Below, piece after piece: positions 49,682-59,416 of a stretch of DNA of 64,000 nt. Below the pieces are notes generated by a model that did no database searches, was not told the origin of the DNA, and saw only the letters and a list, made by a program, of their open reading frames with translations. The translations under genes and the position numbers were made by a program. Position 1 is the first letter of the stretch. The number at the start of each line of letters is the position of its first letter. The stretch is from Anaerolineae bacterium (GTDB taxonomy: Bacteria > Chloroflexota > Anaerolineae > UBA1429). Location of the stretch: the NCBI GenBank assembly GCA_963675785.1, contig OY776562.1, forward strand, positions 1,280,001-1,344,000, in the 5' to 3' direction.

Positions 49682-51091
49682 TCAGGGCACATAACCTACC
49701 ATACGGCCTGAATCGAGTTCAAACAGGCCGGCAGGATGGTCCACCTCGGCTGCCAGCGGCACCTGACGCAAAATAAGCGGTATGAATACCCGATATGCTG
49801 CCGGGGTATTCACCACCACCTCGGCTTTAGTCGTTAGTTTGACCTCTGACACGCCGACTACATAGTTCGTATCCGCAGCCCGCAGGCTTACCGCCTGCAC
49901 CTGGCTGGAATTGGGCGTGGCCTTGAGATAGACCACCGAGATTTCCGCTGTGGCGTTATAGATTTCTTCCAGCTTGGCCAGTGAGCAATCGCCGGTGTAA
50001 AAGCAGGAATCGAACTCGACTCCAGGCAGTACAAAGTATTCCGGCGGCGTAAAGCGGTCTACCTGTGGTAACAGGCTCAGGTACGGCCCCGCTGACTGAT
50101 CCGCGTCCTGATAGACCAGATTCAGCGGAAAAGCCCCGCCGTGCTGTAAATTCTGCGAGAGCATGGCGTTATCCGGCGCCAGACGCACCGTGCCGCCGAT
50201 GGAACGGTTTACGTTATTCTTGTCAATGACTGTTTGACCATTTGCATCAACTTGGGTTGCGTAAATATTGAAATCAGAAACTGGGTAATTGAAGAGTACA
50301 TAGTTGGTGCCAGAGGGCGCGTTGATATAGATACGCGGATGACGATCCTCGTAGGTAGCGCGCAATTGTTGTACAACTCCCTCGATGACTCCCGCATCGC
50401 CCGGAGAATAATCCCCCAGGAAAGACTGAAAGGTTTGTGTTTGGTGCCCCAAATACTGGACCGTCACCGCATCGGGAACCGGCAACGTATATACCGCGGT
50501 AATCCACACCTCGGCGGAAGTATCGGCGGGCTGGTAGAGCACATAGATCGAGCCGCCCATGTTGGCCGGTAGATTTAGTCCTTCGCTACTGAGCAGCGAT
50601 GCGCCGCTCACCGTGTGTTTAGCCTCCGGGTAGCGATACCAATCCTCCGCGTTGGTAGTGGGCGTCGTTGGTCCCGGATCTAAATACTCGACCTGCATCA
50701 CGTCATCGGTGATGTCTTGGCTGTTGAGATACAGACGCACCGTAGCAGCAGGCATGGTAGAAGCTATATGGTCGTAATTGGGCATTTGCCCCAGCGTATT
50801 GAACACATAAGCGCCACCCCACCAATCCACATAGCGCGGCGAGGCTTGCACCGTAATCTGCAATGTGTCGCTGATGACTTGAGCTGATTCATACAGCACC
50901 ACGCCGCCACCACCCGAATAGGACACAATATGCCCCGCCAGCACGCTATCGGGCACCTGCCCGGCAATGTCGACGATATTTAGCGCCTGGGGCTCGGTCC
51001 ACTCCACCGAATCCGCCGCCACGCCCGACGCCGCTGTGCCCAGCAATAACCCCACCAGCACCACTACCATCACCGTGCGTAATACGCGCAT
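49682..51091 (-). CDS. Secreted protein with Chloroflexota-type 'VFIPLILR' motif
   Basis: Sec signal MRVLRTVMVVVLVGLLLGTAASGVAA; AYRVFIPLILR near C-terminus. Confidence 0.75.
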   Translation of the reverse strand: MRVLRTVMVVVLVGLLLGTAASGVAADSVEWTEPQALNIVDIAGQVPDSVLAGHIVSYSGGGGVVLYESAQVISDTLQITVQASPRYVDWWGGAYVFNTLGQMPNYDHIASTMPAATVRLYLNSQDITDDVMQVEYLDPGPTTPTTNAEDWYRYPEAKHTVSGASLLSSEGLNLPANMGGSIYVLYQPADTSAEVWITAVYTLPVPDAVTVQYLGHQTQTFQSFLGDYSPGDAGVIEGVVQQLRATYEDRHPRIYINAPSGTNYVLFNYPVSDFNIYATQVDANGQTVIDKNNVNRSIGGTVRLAPDNAMLSQNLQHGGAFPLNLVYQDADQSAGPYLSLLPQVDRFTPPEYFVLPGVEFDSCFYTGDCSLAKLEEIYNATAEISVVYLKATPNSSQVQAVSLRAADTNYVVGVSEVKLTTKAEVVVNTPAAYRVFIPLILRQVPLAAEVDHPAGLFELDSGRMVGYVP

Positions 51092-51105
51092 CGCTTACTC
51101 CCTAT

Positions 51106-52275
51106 TTATCCATCCGCAGGGCCCTGCCACAGCCCCGTAATCTCATCATAACAGAAACCGCTGCCCTGCAGGCCAGCATCCAAGCGCGGCCAACCCGCCG
51201 CCACCCGCGCCGCCGTCTCCTCCCAGGGCAAAATGCCGCTGGTGGGATCGGGCGTCTCTACGCTGCAAGCGCCTACGGCCACGGCCATGGTAAGGGCCTG
51301 TTCCGCGGTCACGCCGTGCAGCAGCCCCGCCAGGAACCCGGTAATGGTGGTGTCGCCAGAACCGACCGTACCCCTCACCTCAACACTGAAACAGGGCGCC
51401 CACAGCTCGCGATTCGCCCAATGGGCGCTCATGGCGGGTGCGGCGCGGCCCAGTTCGAGTTCGCCCGCCGTGCGCAAATAGGCCCCGCGATGGCCCATTT
51501 TAATGAACACTACCTGCGCTCCGAGCGCCAAACACTGCTGCGCCAAACGCCGCGGCACCTCGGGATCCATGGCCTCGATCATACCGGCAGCCCCCGCCTC
51601 GGCCAGCAGCGCATCATAGGCCGGGCGATCCAGCATGTAGAGCAGCTCTTCGATGCTGGGCACAAACAGGTGCACCTGCGGCAGCGCCCGTTTCAAAATC
51701 AGGGGCCAATCGGCCTGGCCGCTGTCTCGCGAAGCATCTGGCATGGAGGTATCCAGCGAGACCGTAGCGCCCGTGGCCTTGGCCCGCCGCAGCAGTTCGG
51801 CCAGCTCTAGTCCGCCATTGGCGTACATGCGGCGCATCAGCGGCGGATATCCGAAATGGAACAGCCTGGCCTCCCGCAGCAGCTCCAGCGGCAGGTCGTC
51901 CGGCCCAAACGTGTCGTTGGTACCCGGACAGTGCAAAAAGGCGCGGTCGATGCCCGGCGGATTAATGACCAACGAATAAGAGCTGGCCTCGCCCGCCGCC
52001 GTAATCAGGTCCTTCCCCAGGCTGGCATCATCGGCTGAGAGCACTTGGCGCACTAATGCACCGATGGGGTCATCGCCCACGCGACCCACCAGGCGTGTAT
52101 CCAGCCCCAACTTGTGGGCCGCCAGGCCTACGTTGCTGACCGCCCCGCCGGTAGAGACCACGGCCTGGCCAACTTCGGTGAGCCGACCCGGCGAGATGAG
52201 CGGCGAGGGCGAACCTAACGGGATGATGGGAATAATGTCCAGGCAGAGGTGCCCTGCAACCACAATGTCGGTCAT
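51106..52275 (-). CDS. PfkB-family carbohydrate kinase
   Basis: GGAVSNVG..KLG, VGRVGDD..G, IKMGHRGA, GTVGSGD. Confidence 0.9.
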   Translation of the reverse strand: MTDIVVAGHLCLDIIPIIPLGSPSPLISPGRLTEVGQAVVSTGGAVSNVGLAAHKLGLDTRLVGRVGDDPIGALVRQVLSADDASLGKDLITAAGEASSYSLVINPPGIDRAFLHCPGTNDTFGPDDLPLELLREARLFHFGYPPLMRRMYANGGLELAELLRRAKATGATVSLDTSMPDASRDSGQADWPLILKRALPQVHLFVPSIEELLYMLDRPAYDALLAEAGAAGMIEAMDPEVPRRLAQQCLALGAQVVFIKMGHRGAYLRTAGELELGRAAPAMSAHWANRELWAPCFSVEVRGTVGSGDTTITGFLAGLLHGVTAEQALTMAVAVGACSVETPDPTSGILPWEETAARVAAGWPRLDAGLQGSGFCYDEITGLWQGPADG

Positions 52276-52404
52276 GTGCAATACCTCACAGGTTAACAAA
52301 AGTGTACCATACCCCCGCATGACGGGCTGTGAATTTCACGTATAGGGGCGAGTTGAAGGATAGCAGAGGGCGGGGTGCGGGGCAAGAGGGAGGAAGGAAA
52401 GCTT

Positions 52405-53211
52405 CTATTGGCGAGTAGCAATTTCTATAGCCTTGGGATCTCCAAATAGATAAATATCAGCGTTACTTATGATACTTTTGTTAAAAGCTTTTGTTTGACC
52501 CGGAGACGCAACAACGAACTCAATTCCACCTCCATTTTCCCAACTAGCATGTAAAAGTATCTTTGAAGATAAAGGGAAATCAAGATATCCTCGGGAAGAC
52601 TTTAAGCCGTTGGTAACATCAAATACTACAGGGTTGTCACATGTTATGAATAATTTGCCCTCCTCAGCAGAGATTATCTGCCATCCCATCTGCACTATCA
52701 GGTGCCATATTTTCGGTGTAGCTTCAGCAGGCACTACTTCATGCCACACTGAATTCGAAAATTGCTCTCTTCTATCTTTGATTTGGCGCAAGAGCGTCTC
52801 AATTATGTCATCATGACTAGGATTACGGCCTCGTAAACAGAGCAACTGGCTCTCTTGATACGCAAAAATATTATTCACCTCGACTCGCTCATCTACCCAC
52901 TCAGCCCATGCAGGCACCCGTTTTTGGAGTACCGAGATGTACTTTGCAATAGCAAATCTATCTTGCAATGACAAAGGGGAACACCTAGATAATAGATTTT
53001 CAATTGCAGTATTGGCAGGGCTCTCAATTTCTTCTGCCAAATATCGTTCGAGTGGCATTGGATAAAGCCTATTGATAGCTCCAAATATTCGAGGAGCTCC
53101 CAAAACCTGTTTTCCTGTTCGAATGTCGAATTGGGTTAGCTGTTCTCCACATGTACAGAACTTACGCAAATAAAACTGCGGAATATAATGATTGTGTTTT
53201 GTGTCAGTCAT
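52405..53211 (-). CDS. DUF4238 domain protein
   Basis: HNHYIPQFYLRKF, FITCDNPV, FPLSSKILL; AT-rich. Confidence 0.8.
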   Translation of the reverse strand: MTDTKHNHYIPQFYLRKFCTCGEQLTQFDIRTGKQVLGAPRIFGAINRLYPMPLERYLAEEIESPANTAIENLLSRCSPLSLQDRFAIAKYISVLQKRVPAWAEWVDERVEVNNIFAYQESQLLCLRGRNPSHDDIIETLLRQIKDRREQFSNSVWHEVVPAEATPKIWHLIVQMGWQIISAEEGKLFITCDNPVVFDVTNGLKSSRGYLDFPLSSKILLHASWENGGGIEFVVASPGQTKAFNKSIISNADIYLFGDPKAIEIATRQ

Positions 53212-53427
53212 AGAATCCTTTCTTGCTAGATTCTGACCTTCGATTTGTATCGTCAATTTCGCAAGCATTTGATCTTACGTAGAGATCAGATTATCGACAC
53301 CTCTATAGGAAACTAGCAGAGCAACTTTGTCCTAGACAAAACTAGAGCACTAGGCCCCTGAACCTCTCCAGTAAGATCAATGCAATGTATGATGTTACTG
53401 ATATGGTCTTTATAGTTCCAATCTTCT

Positions 53428-53733
53428 CTAAGCCCATTCCTGCATCGCTTCTTGAAACATTTCTTTCCAGGAACCAAATCGCGAATTCGTCTTAACAAAT
53501 TGATCCAATTCTTGTTCAGATATAGATTCAAAATCCGCTTGAGACTCAATCTTAAAGCCTGTGGCATCGAAAAAGGCTGAAATTGTACTAAAGTCAGTAT
53601 TTCGTTTCATGAACGCAGTATGGAAAAGTTCCCCCAAAGGAACCTTGGTCTCTCCATCAAGTGCTCTAGCTCGATGTTCGAAATCCCGCAAGCTATGCTC
53701 AAAGTCATCAAATCCACTAATCTTGAAGCTCAT
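53428..53733 (-). CDS. Small hypothetical protein
   Basis: MSFKISGFDDF..VPLGELF..FMKRNTDFSTI..ELDQFVKTNSRFGSWKEM; GGAGG RBS. Confidence 0.7.
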   Translation of the reverse strand: MSFKISGFDDFEHSLRDFEHRARALDGETKVPLGELFHTAFMKRNTDFSTISAFFDATGFKIESQADFESISEQELDQFVKTNSRFGSWKEMFQEAMQEWA

Positions 53734-54445
53734 TTTCTTCCTCCATAGAGCTAATATCGCCATGTTCCATAGTAGCCACTGGCGCATCTACAGAATCCAC
53801 CGCGCCTTCCACAAGCTGCTCTTCTTTGGCTTGAGATACTCTTTCCAAACTTCTACGAATGTCTGTCGAAGTAACAATCCTTATACCAGTGGAGCCAAAA
53901 GTGCCGTCGCTTATTATTCGCCGAAAAGACGAATTCATCTTCTCAAACTCGTTTACTAGAGATGCCAGATTGTCAGAATCCATGAGCGAGTTTTCATATA
54001 TGGAAAGATCAATATCGAATCGATAGGGACCGTAGGATGTAGATGACATATCCGAGTAGGAGACGTCGAACGCCCAAGATTTCTCCAACTTATTGTCCTG
54101 AAAATACGCCGGGGCATGATCAAAATACAGACTGAGTTCAGCTCCAGGTGCTAGATAGGGTATTCCAGTCTTGAATGCACTAAGATCGGCAAGACGTTTT
54201 CCGTTAGTGCTGTGTATATCCGTTGCAGAGTTTAGCCGGATACCTTTCGCCACCGCATTGCCTATATTCTTGATCACAATACACATCAGACCGTGTTTCT
54301 GGAACTCCATCTCAATAATCACAGAAGGAACTGGCTTGGATGCTTGCACAAGCTCTTTAGTACTCCTTGCATACCATGCTGTTAGACCTACCAGAACAAG
54401 TGACGCGACAACGTTTACGATGCCTAGCAATGTTGTACCATCCAT
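53717..54445 (-). CDS. Hypothetical protein with N-terminal TM anchor
   Basis: LVLVGLTAWYARSTKELV, IKNIGNAVAKGI, YLAPG; AT-rich. Confidence 0.7.
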   Translation of the reverse strand: MDGTTLLGIVNVVASLVLVGLTAWYARSTKELVQASKPVPSVIIEMEFQKHGLMCIVIKNIGNAVAKGIRLNSATDIHSTNGKRLADLSAFKTGIPYLAPGAELSLYFDHAPAYFQDNKLEKSWAFDVSYSDMSSTSYGPYRFDIDLSIYENSLMDSDNLASLVNEFEKMNSSFRRIISDGTFGSTGIRIVTSTDIRRSLERVSQAKEEQLVEGAVDSVDAPVATMEHGDISSMEEENELQD

Positions 54446-54780
54446 TATTGATGCTCCCTCATCTTTGGCTTTCATCTGCGACCAAGGTGCGCGGTAATTC
54501 GCTACGTCTTTGATATGAAGAATCTGCTGTGGAGCAAAAGTTTATTTACTCCGCGTTTGATTATACGACCCATATAATTAGATTGTAAGTATCATTGCCT
54601 AGAAAGAGACAAAGAACATATGTGTTATTTTCTCGTACTGCACCCTGTAAACGATATCCCCTTAGTTTCCTACATCAATTGAACTAGTTCGCCTTTTGTG
54701 TAACTCCCGGTCAGACCGGTAGTTGTCCCTACCAGCCTGAATTCGTCCGTGGACATCTCAATCCTAGACCGGAGACGTCT

Positions 54781-54996
54781 CCGGCCATTCTAGCGCATCG
54801 GGCTGAACCCCGATGCTAGGCACGCAAACCCTCCCTTGCGGGAGGCTCGGAATCGCAAGTTTCTGTATAAACAGCCTAAGGGGAATCCAATGGATTCCTT
54901 CAAGGGTTTGCAATAATAGCACTCAGCCTTGTCTGCAAGGCAGTTTAGCCTAGTGCATCAAAAGCCGTTTATCACTTCTTCGGACACCCCTTTCAA
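54781..54996. repeat. Structured repeat unit 1 (REPIN-like, multi-hairpin)
   Basis: Direct repeat of 55082-55315; hairpins GCATCGGG-CTGAAC-CCCGATGC, CTCCC-N4-GGGAG, GGAATCCA-A-TGGATTCC, GCCTTG-TCTG-CAAGGC. Confidence 0.85.
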
Positions 54997-55081
54997 AAAA
55001 GCCCTACGTCCGCAGGACGCCCATACCTAGGTCCGCACCAACGGTGCGGCGAGACACCAGGCATCGGAACGATGCCAAGTC

Positions 55082-55315
55082 CCGGCCGTTCTAGCGCATC
55101 GGGCTGAACCCCGATGCTAGGCGCATAAACCCTCCCTCACGGGAGGCTCGGAATCGCAAGTTTCTGTATAAAGAGCCTCGGAGGAATCTGGGAATCCTAT
55201 GGATTCCCCTGGATTCCTTCGAGGGTTAGTAAATGAAGCACTCAGCCTTGTCTGCAAGGCAGTTCAGCCTAGTGCGTCACAAGCTGTCTATTACTACTTC
55301 GGAGACCCCTTTCAA
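55082..55315. repeat. Structured repeat unit 2 (REPIN-like, multi-hairpin)
   Basis: Same hairpins as unit 1, with the GGAATC/GATTCC stem extended by about 18 nt; bracketed by 15-bp inverted repeats 55073-87 and 55348-62. Confidence 0.85.
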
Positions 55316-55519
55316 GGGTCTTTCGTGTCCTTGGATACCTTATCATAGGCCGGGACTTGGCAGAGGAACGATACAGTCCCGGCCTATTTCCAGCCCCTTC
55401 TCCTTGATTTTCCCTTGTACTCCCCCTGATCTTGTGTTATGCTGATGTCTAGGTAGTTTTGCCTACATACTTTGGCTTTGTTCAGTTTTGGGACTTTTGC
55501 CAAGAAGGGGGCGAGTCGA

Positions 55520-55681
55520 ATGAACTTTTACTGCATCAAGTGTCGCGCGAAAAAGGAAGTCGGCGATTACGAGACCGTCACTTGGAAAAATGGCCGAATA
55601 GCCGCAAAAGCCAAGTGCCCAGACTGCGGCACCACTGTGCACCGCATTCTGCCCATGCCCAAAGATAGCGACAAGAAATAG
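55520..55681 (+). CDS. Small zinc-ribbon protein (DUF5679-like)
   Basis: FYCIKCRAKKE..VTWKNGR.AAKAKCPDCGT.VHRI, two CxxC. Confidence 0.8.
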   Translation: MNFYCIKCRAKKEVGDYETVTWKNGRIAAKAKCPDCGTTVHRILPMPKDSDKK

Positions 55682-55720
55682 GCTGTTTTACCTTTTCAAA
55701 ATCGCCAATCCTGGCCGCAC

Positions 55721-55760
55721 AAAAAAAGCCAGCCCGATGCTCTCACGTCGGACTGGCTTT
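55721..55760. terminator. Bidirectional terminator
   Basis: AAAAAAAGCCAG.CCGA..TCGG.CTGGCTTT. Confidence 0.65.
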
Positions 55761-55795
55761 ACCTTTCTACAGCCGCTCTAGCGACCTTTTCCGCT

Positions 55796-56254
55796 TCACC
55801 CCCGCCAAACCACCTCGAACCTCTCGCAAACCACGGGCATGTCCAACTGTGGCTCTCGCCCCAAACGAGCACACTCTCGACCAAAACAAGCCCAGTGGGC
55901 ACGACGCCAATAAGCCAGCGAACCATCCCCCTCGCCTTCGGTAGCGGCAAACGCCTCCGGCACTTGCTCATAAGGCACCACCTGCACTGTGGTCGTCTCG
56001 ATGACACACTGCGGCTCGCCGGCCCAGTCCGTTACCAGCGAGAGATCGCCCACCTGCGGCAGGGGCTCGTCCTCCGCCTCATAGCTCCACAGCAGCGAGG
56101 CCGTGGCCCGCTTGGCTCCTGCCATCACCAACGCCGCCAGTTCATCAGCGCTGGGCTGGTTATCATCGAAATAGAACACCTCGTAAGGCTCGGCTGGCGC
56201 TTGCAGATGCTGCACCCGAAAAGCCTCCCAAAAGCGAGCGGCGCGCTCTTCCAT
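55796..56254 (-). CDS. ASCH domain protein
   Basis: ADELAALVMAGAKRATAS, LPQVGD, EGEGDGSLAYWR.AH, VVCERF. Confidence 0.9.
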   Translation of the reverse strand: MEERAARFWEAFRVQHLQAPAEPYEVFYFDDNQPSADELAALVMAGAKRATASLLWSYEAEDEPLPQVGDLSLVTDWAGEPQCVIETTTVQVVPYEQVPEAFAATEGEGDGSLAYWRRAHWACFGRECARLGREPQLDMPVVCERFEVVWRG

Positions 56255-57495
56255 CAGGCCTCCTCCGCTTTATTGGCAGCTATATCCTCAATCGCCTTTT
56301 CTGGCGCCATACTAGCCAGTCCACGCGAGAATCCCGCCACAATGATGGGCTTTAGCAGGATAAAGGCCCCCATCAACACCGAATAGAGGGCCGGCGTAAT
56401 CAGCCCTGCCGTCAGCAGCAGGTTCTCGGTGATGATGCTGGTGTTGAACTTGCTGGTGAGCCCCACGCCCATCACCAGCGATTCACGCTTACCCAATAGT
56501 TTGTGGAACATGCCATAAGAGAGCCCCACGCGAATGATCAGCGAGAGCGCCGCCACGGCAATCACCAACCAGGGGTTGGCTATTATCTCTTGCAGCGACA
56601 TCTTGGCGCCCAGCCCGAAAAAGAAGAACGGCCCCAGAAAGACGTTGGCTACAAAGAAAACCGGCTGCTTGAAATGCTGAAAAGCAGGCCCCGGCAAGAG
56701 CTGCTTGACGGCAATACCAGCAAAGATAGCCGAAACCGTGCCCATGTCGTTGAACTGGAGCGAGCCGAAATAGATAAAGCCAAAGGCCGTGAAAAAGATG
56801 CCAAAGGGCACCACAAAAGACCCCGGCTTGAGACGGGCAATCCATTTGCGCGTATAGCGCCCCAATCCCGCGCTCAGCAGCACAGCACCAACCAAGCCTA
56901 GCAGCACCAAGACCATGTTCAGAGGCGTACGCCACAGGCCCTCGGTCGAGGTGTTGCCCAGCATGGCCGGCAGCATTACCACAACAGAGAGCGTCAGGAT
57001 CTCGAACACATCATCGAACACGCCAATGCCCAGTGCCAACTGCCCAAAACGCGTGTTCTCCACACCAAACTCTTTGAGGATGGCCAGCAGAATGACCTCA
57101 CCCACTGTGCCAAAGGCCAGCCCCGCCACCAGGGCCACCAACAGCGAGCCCCCCACAAAGTCCGGGAAAAGGAAATAGAAAAAGAGGCCGACAGCCGTGC
57201 CTTCCACCAGCGTCAGGACGATATCGCCCCCTACGATATAAGCACCAAGGTGACGCAACTGCTCGAAATCCAAATCCAGGCCGATGTTGAACAGGAACAG
57301 CAGCATGCCCAAGCGCGAAAGCAAGGCAAATTCGGCGCTCTGCACCGTCTCGGTAAAGAGGCCGCCCGCAGTCAGGCCCATGCCTAGCAGCACGATGGTG
57401 AACATCCAGGGCAGGCGTAGGGTGCGATTCAGCAGGTGCCCGATCGTTAGAATCACTCCATAGATCACCAACCCCAGCAGCAGGATATCTTGCAC
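56254..57495 (-). CDS. Cation:proton antiporter (CPA2-like)
   Basis: LG.LLFLFNIGLDLD, ILKEFG..TR.GQ..LG..VFDD, PFFFFGLG; GTG start after AAGGAG. Confidence 0.82.
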   Translation of the reverse strand: MQDILLLGLVIYGVILTIGHLLNRTLRLPWMFTIVLLGMGLTAGGLFTETVQSAEFALLSRLGMLLFLFNIGLDLDFEQLRHLGAYIVGGDIVLTLVEGTAVGLFFYFLFPDFVGGSLLVALVAGLAFGTVGEVILLAILKEFGVENTRFGQLALGIGVFDDVFEILTLSVVVMLPAMLGNTSTEGLWRTPLNMVLVLLGLVGAVLLSAGLGRYTRKWIARLKPGSFVVPFGIFFTAFGFIYFGSLQFNDMGTVSAIFAGIAVKQLLPGPAFQHFKQPVFFVANVFLGPFFFFGLGAKMSLQEIIANPWLVIAVAALSLIIRVGLSYGMFHKLLGKRESLVMGVGLTSKFNTSIITENLLLTAGLITPALYSVLMGAFILLKPIIVAGFSRGLASMAPEKAIEDIAANKAEEA

Positions 57496-57520
57496 AGACG
57501 TTCTCCTTACAACACATTGC

Positions 57521-57565
57521 AAAAAAAAGATGACGCGGGCATCCCCCCGATACCCGCGTCATCTT
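57521..57565 (-). terminator. Intrinsic terminator of arsR-arsP-trx unit
   Basis: AAGATGACGCGGG..CCCGCGTCATCTT with poly-A on + strand. Confidence 0.75.
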
Positions 57566-57568
57566 ATC

Positions 57569-57811
57569 CTAATTGGCTGCTTTCAGCCAGGCCGTCACCT
57601 CGTCCTTACGCGGCAAACTACCCGAGTTGACCAACTTTTCGTTCAGCACCAATCCCGGCGTGCTGAGTACATCATAAGCCATAATCTCGTCCAGCTCTGT
57701 GACATGGATCACATTGTATTCCAGACCCAGCTCATCAGCCGCCTCGCGCGTAATCTGCTCCAGCCGCTTGCACTTGGGGCAACCGCCACCCAACACCTTG
57801 ATTTCGATCAT
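57569..57811 (-). CDS. Small thioredoxin-like redox protein (MTH895/ArsE-like)
   Basis: IKVLGGGCPKC..L, I.AY.V.STPGLV.N. Confidence 0.88.
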   Translation of the reverse strand: MIEIKVLGGGCPKCKRLEQITREAADELGLEYNVIHVTELDEIMAYDVLSTPGLVLNEKLVNSGSLPRKDEVTAWLKAAN

Positions 57812-57821
57812 GCCTTACCTC

Positions 57822-59291
57822 CTATGATTGTACCTTGGTTGCCTTGGCCTGACGTCGGCTGGTCCACACCAGCCCGGCCGCCAGAACGCCCAACGTCAAT
57901 ACGATATACAGCGCCAACACTGCCAGACTCGCGCCGTCCACCCAGGCGCCATAGATGAGTCCGGACAGGGTGCTGAACAAGGTTACCCAACCCACATACA
58001 CCCAGGCCTTGCTCTTGCCGATCACGCTGGCCGTGATGAGGATGCTCTGCAGGCTCAGTTCGGGGTCGGCCATCAAATAAGCCAGCAGCGGCCCGCGGTG
58101 CATGCCCAGCCCCAGGAACATGTTGGCGATGGGCACCTCCACCAGCGTCGGAAAGTACATGAACACCCCAAAGACCACGCCCACCAGGTTGCCCAGCACG
58201 GTGTTACTGCCCGCTATGGCCTGAATCCACTCGGGCTTGATGAGGCCGCGAATGACGCCCACGGCGAACACGCCCACAATCAGCAGCGGCATGATCTGCT
58301 TGACGAACCGCCAGGTCTCCCACAGCCAACTCTGCATCTCGTAAGCGTCAAAGGCGCGCGCACCCACAATCCACAGTGCCGCCATGCCCAGCGTCACAGC
58401 AATCATCTTGCCGGTAATGGCCACCTGCAAACCCCCAGTAGCCGGCAGCAGGCGCACGGCCGCTACTACCAATGTCAGCACCGTCAATCCCAGGGCCACC
58501 CAGGTCCAGGTGTTATAGCCCTCATCCACCTTGCCCAGGCCCTTCCAGGCCGAGAGGCCGATGAGCGCCAGCATGACGATGAGCAGCAGGCCCTGCACGC
58601 TCACGCCCTCCTGTCCCATCGAAGCGTCATAGGGCACCAGGCGGTTCAGCGTGGCCTGCAGGGTGTCCAACCCGCTGATGGGCAGCGTGAATTGGGCATA
58701 GCTGTTGGTCAACACATCCACCTGCAGCGTGCCAGCGATGAGCACCACCAGCAGCAGTCCTAAAAACAGCCAGGTTCTGCCGCCCATACCGCTGCCCTTG
58801 CCGCCAAAGGCCGCCGAACCGTTGGCAGCCTCGCGTTCGGCCTCGCTCTTGCGGAACATGATGGCCATGATCAAGCCAATGCCGATGCCGAATACCAGCG
58901 ACAGCACCAGGCGAGCCACGGCGATATCCATACCGATGGCCACGCCAGTATAGGTCAGCGCCAGGATGTTGATGGCTGGCCCCACGAACAAAAAGGTGAT
59001 GGCCGGGCCCAGCCCCGCGCCCTTTTTATAGATGCCAGCGAACAGCGGCATGATGGTGCACGAACACACCGCCAGCACAAAGCCCCCAATGGCCGCCGCC
59101 GGATACGAGACCCAGGCCGGTGCGTGCGGCCCCAGGTAGCGCGTGATGGTCTCTTTGGGCACCAGCGCCGTCAAGGCCCCGGCGATGAAAAAGGCCGGCA
59201 GCAGGCACAGCAACACATGCGCTGCCAGGTACGAGGCCAGGTTACCCAGGCCGCCCTGTAACAAAGTCAGTATTGTCGATCCCCAGTCCAT
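57822..59291 (-). CDS. ArsP/DUF318-family permease
   Basis: HVLLCLLPAFFIAG, LAVCSCT..P.F, AITFL..GPAIN, MYFPTL.EVPI. Confidence 0.85.
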   Translation of the reverse strand: MDWGSTILTLLQGGLGNLASYLAAHVLLCLLPAFFIAGALTALVPKETITRYLGPHAPAWVSYPAAAIGGFVLAVCSCTIMPLFAGIYKKGAGLGPAITFLFVGPAINILALTYTGVAIGMDIAVARLVLSLVFGIGIGLIMAIMFRKSEAEREAANGSAAFGGKGSGMGGRTWLFLGLLLVVLIAGTLQVDVLTNSYAQFTLPISGLDTLQATLNRLVPYDASMGQEGVSVQGLLLIVMLALIGLSAWKGLGKVDEGYNTWTWVALGLTVLTLVVAAVRLLPATGGLQVAITGKMIAVTLGMAALWIVGARAFDAYEMQSWLWETWRFVKQIMPLLIVGVFAVGVIRGLIKPEWIQAIAGSNTVLGNLVGVVFGVFMYFPTLVEVPIANMFLGLGMHRGPLLAYLMADPELSLQSILITASVIGKSKAWVYVGWVTLFSTLSGLIYGAWVDGASLAVLALYIVLTLGVLAAGLVWTSRRQAKATKVQS

Positions 59292-59416
59292 CTATCGCCC
59301 CCACCTTTAGCCACTATCTTTTCTGTTTCGGTCATCATCTCGCGCAGTGTCATTCATCACACCCGATTGTTGCCTGCATCAAGCGCCTCGCCCCGTTCGA
59401 CCGCCCAACCTTGCGC

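Noticed and set aside
54781-55386. CRISPR array, tRNA or integron attC array
   Set aside because: Only two long units, no unique equal-length spacers, no cas or integrase gene, no cloverleaf, no RYYYAAC/GTTRRRY cassette ends after ORFs.
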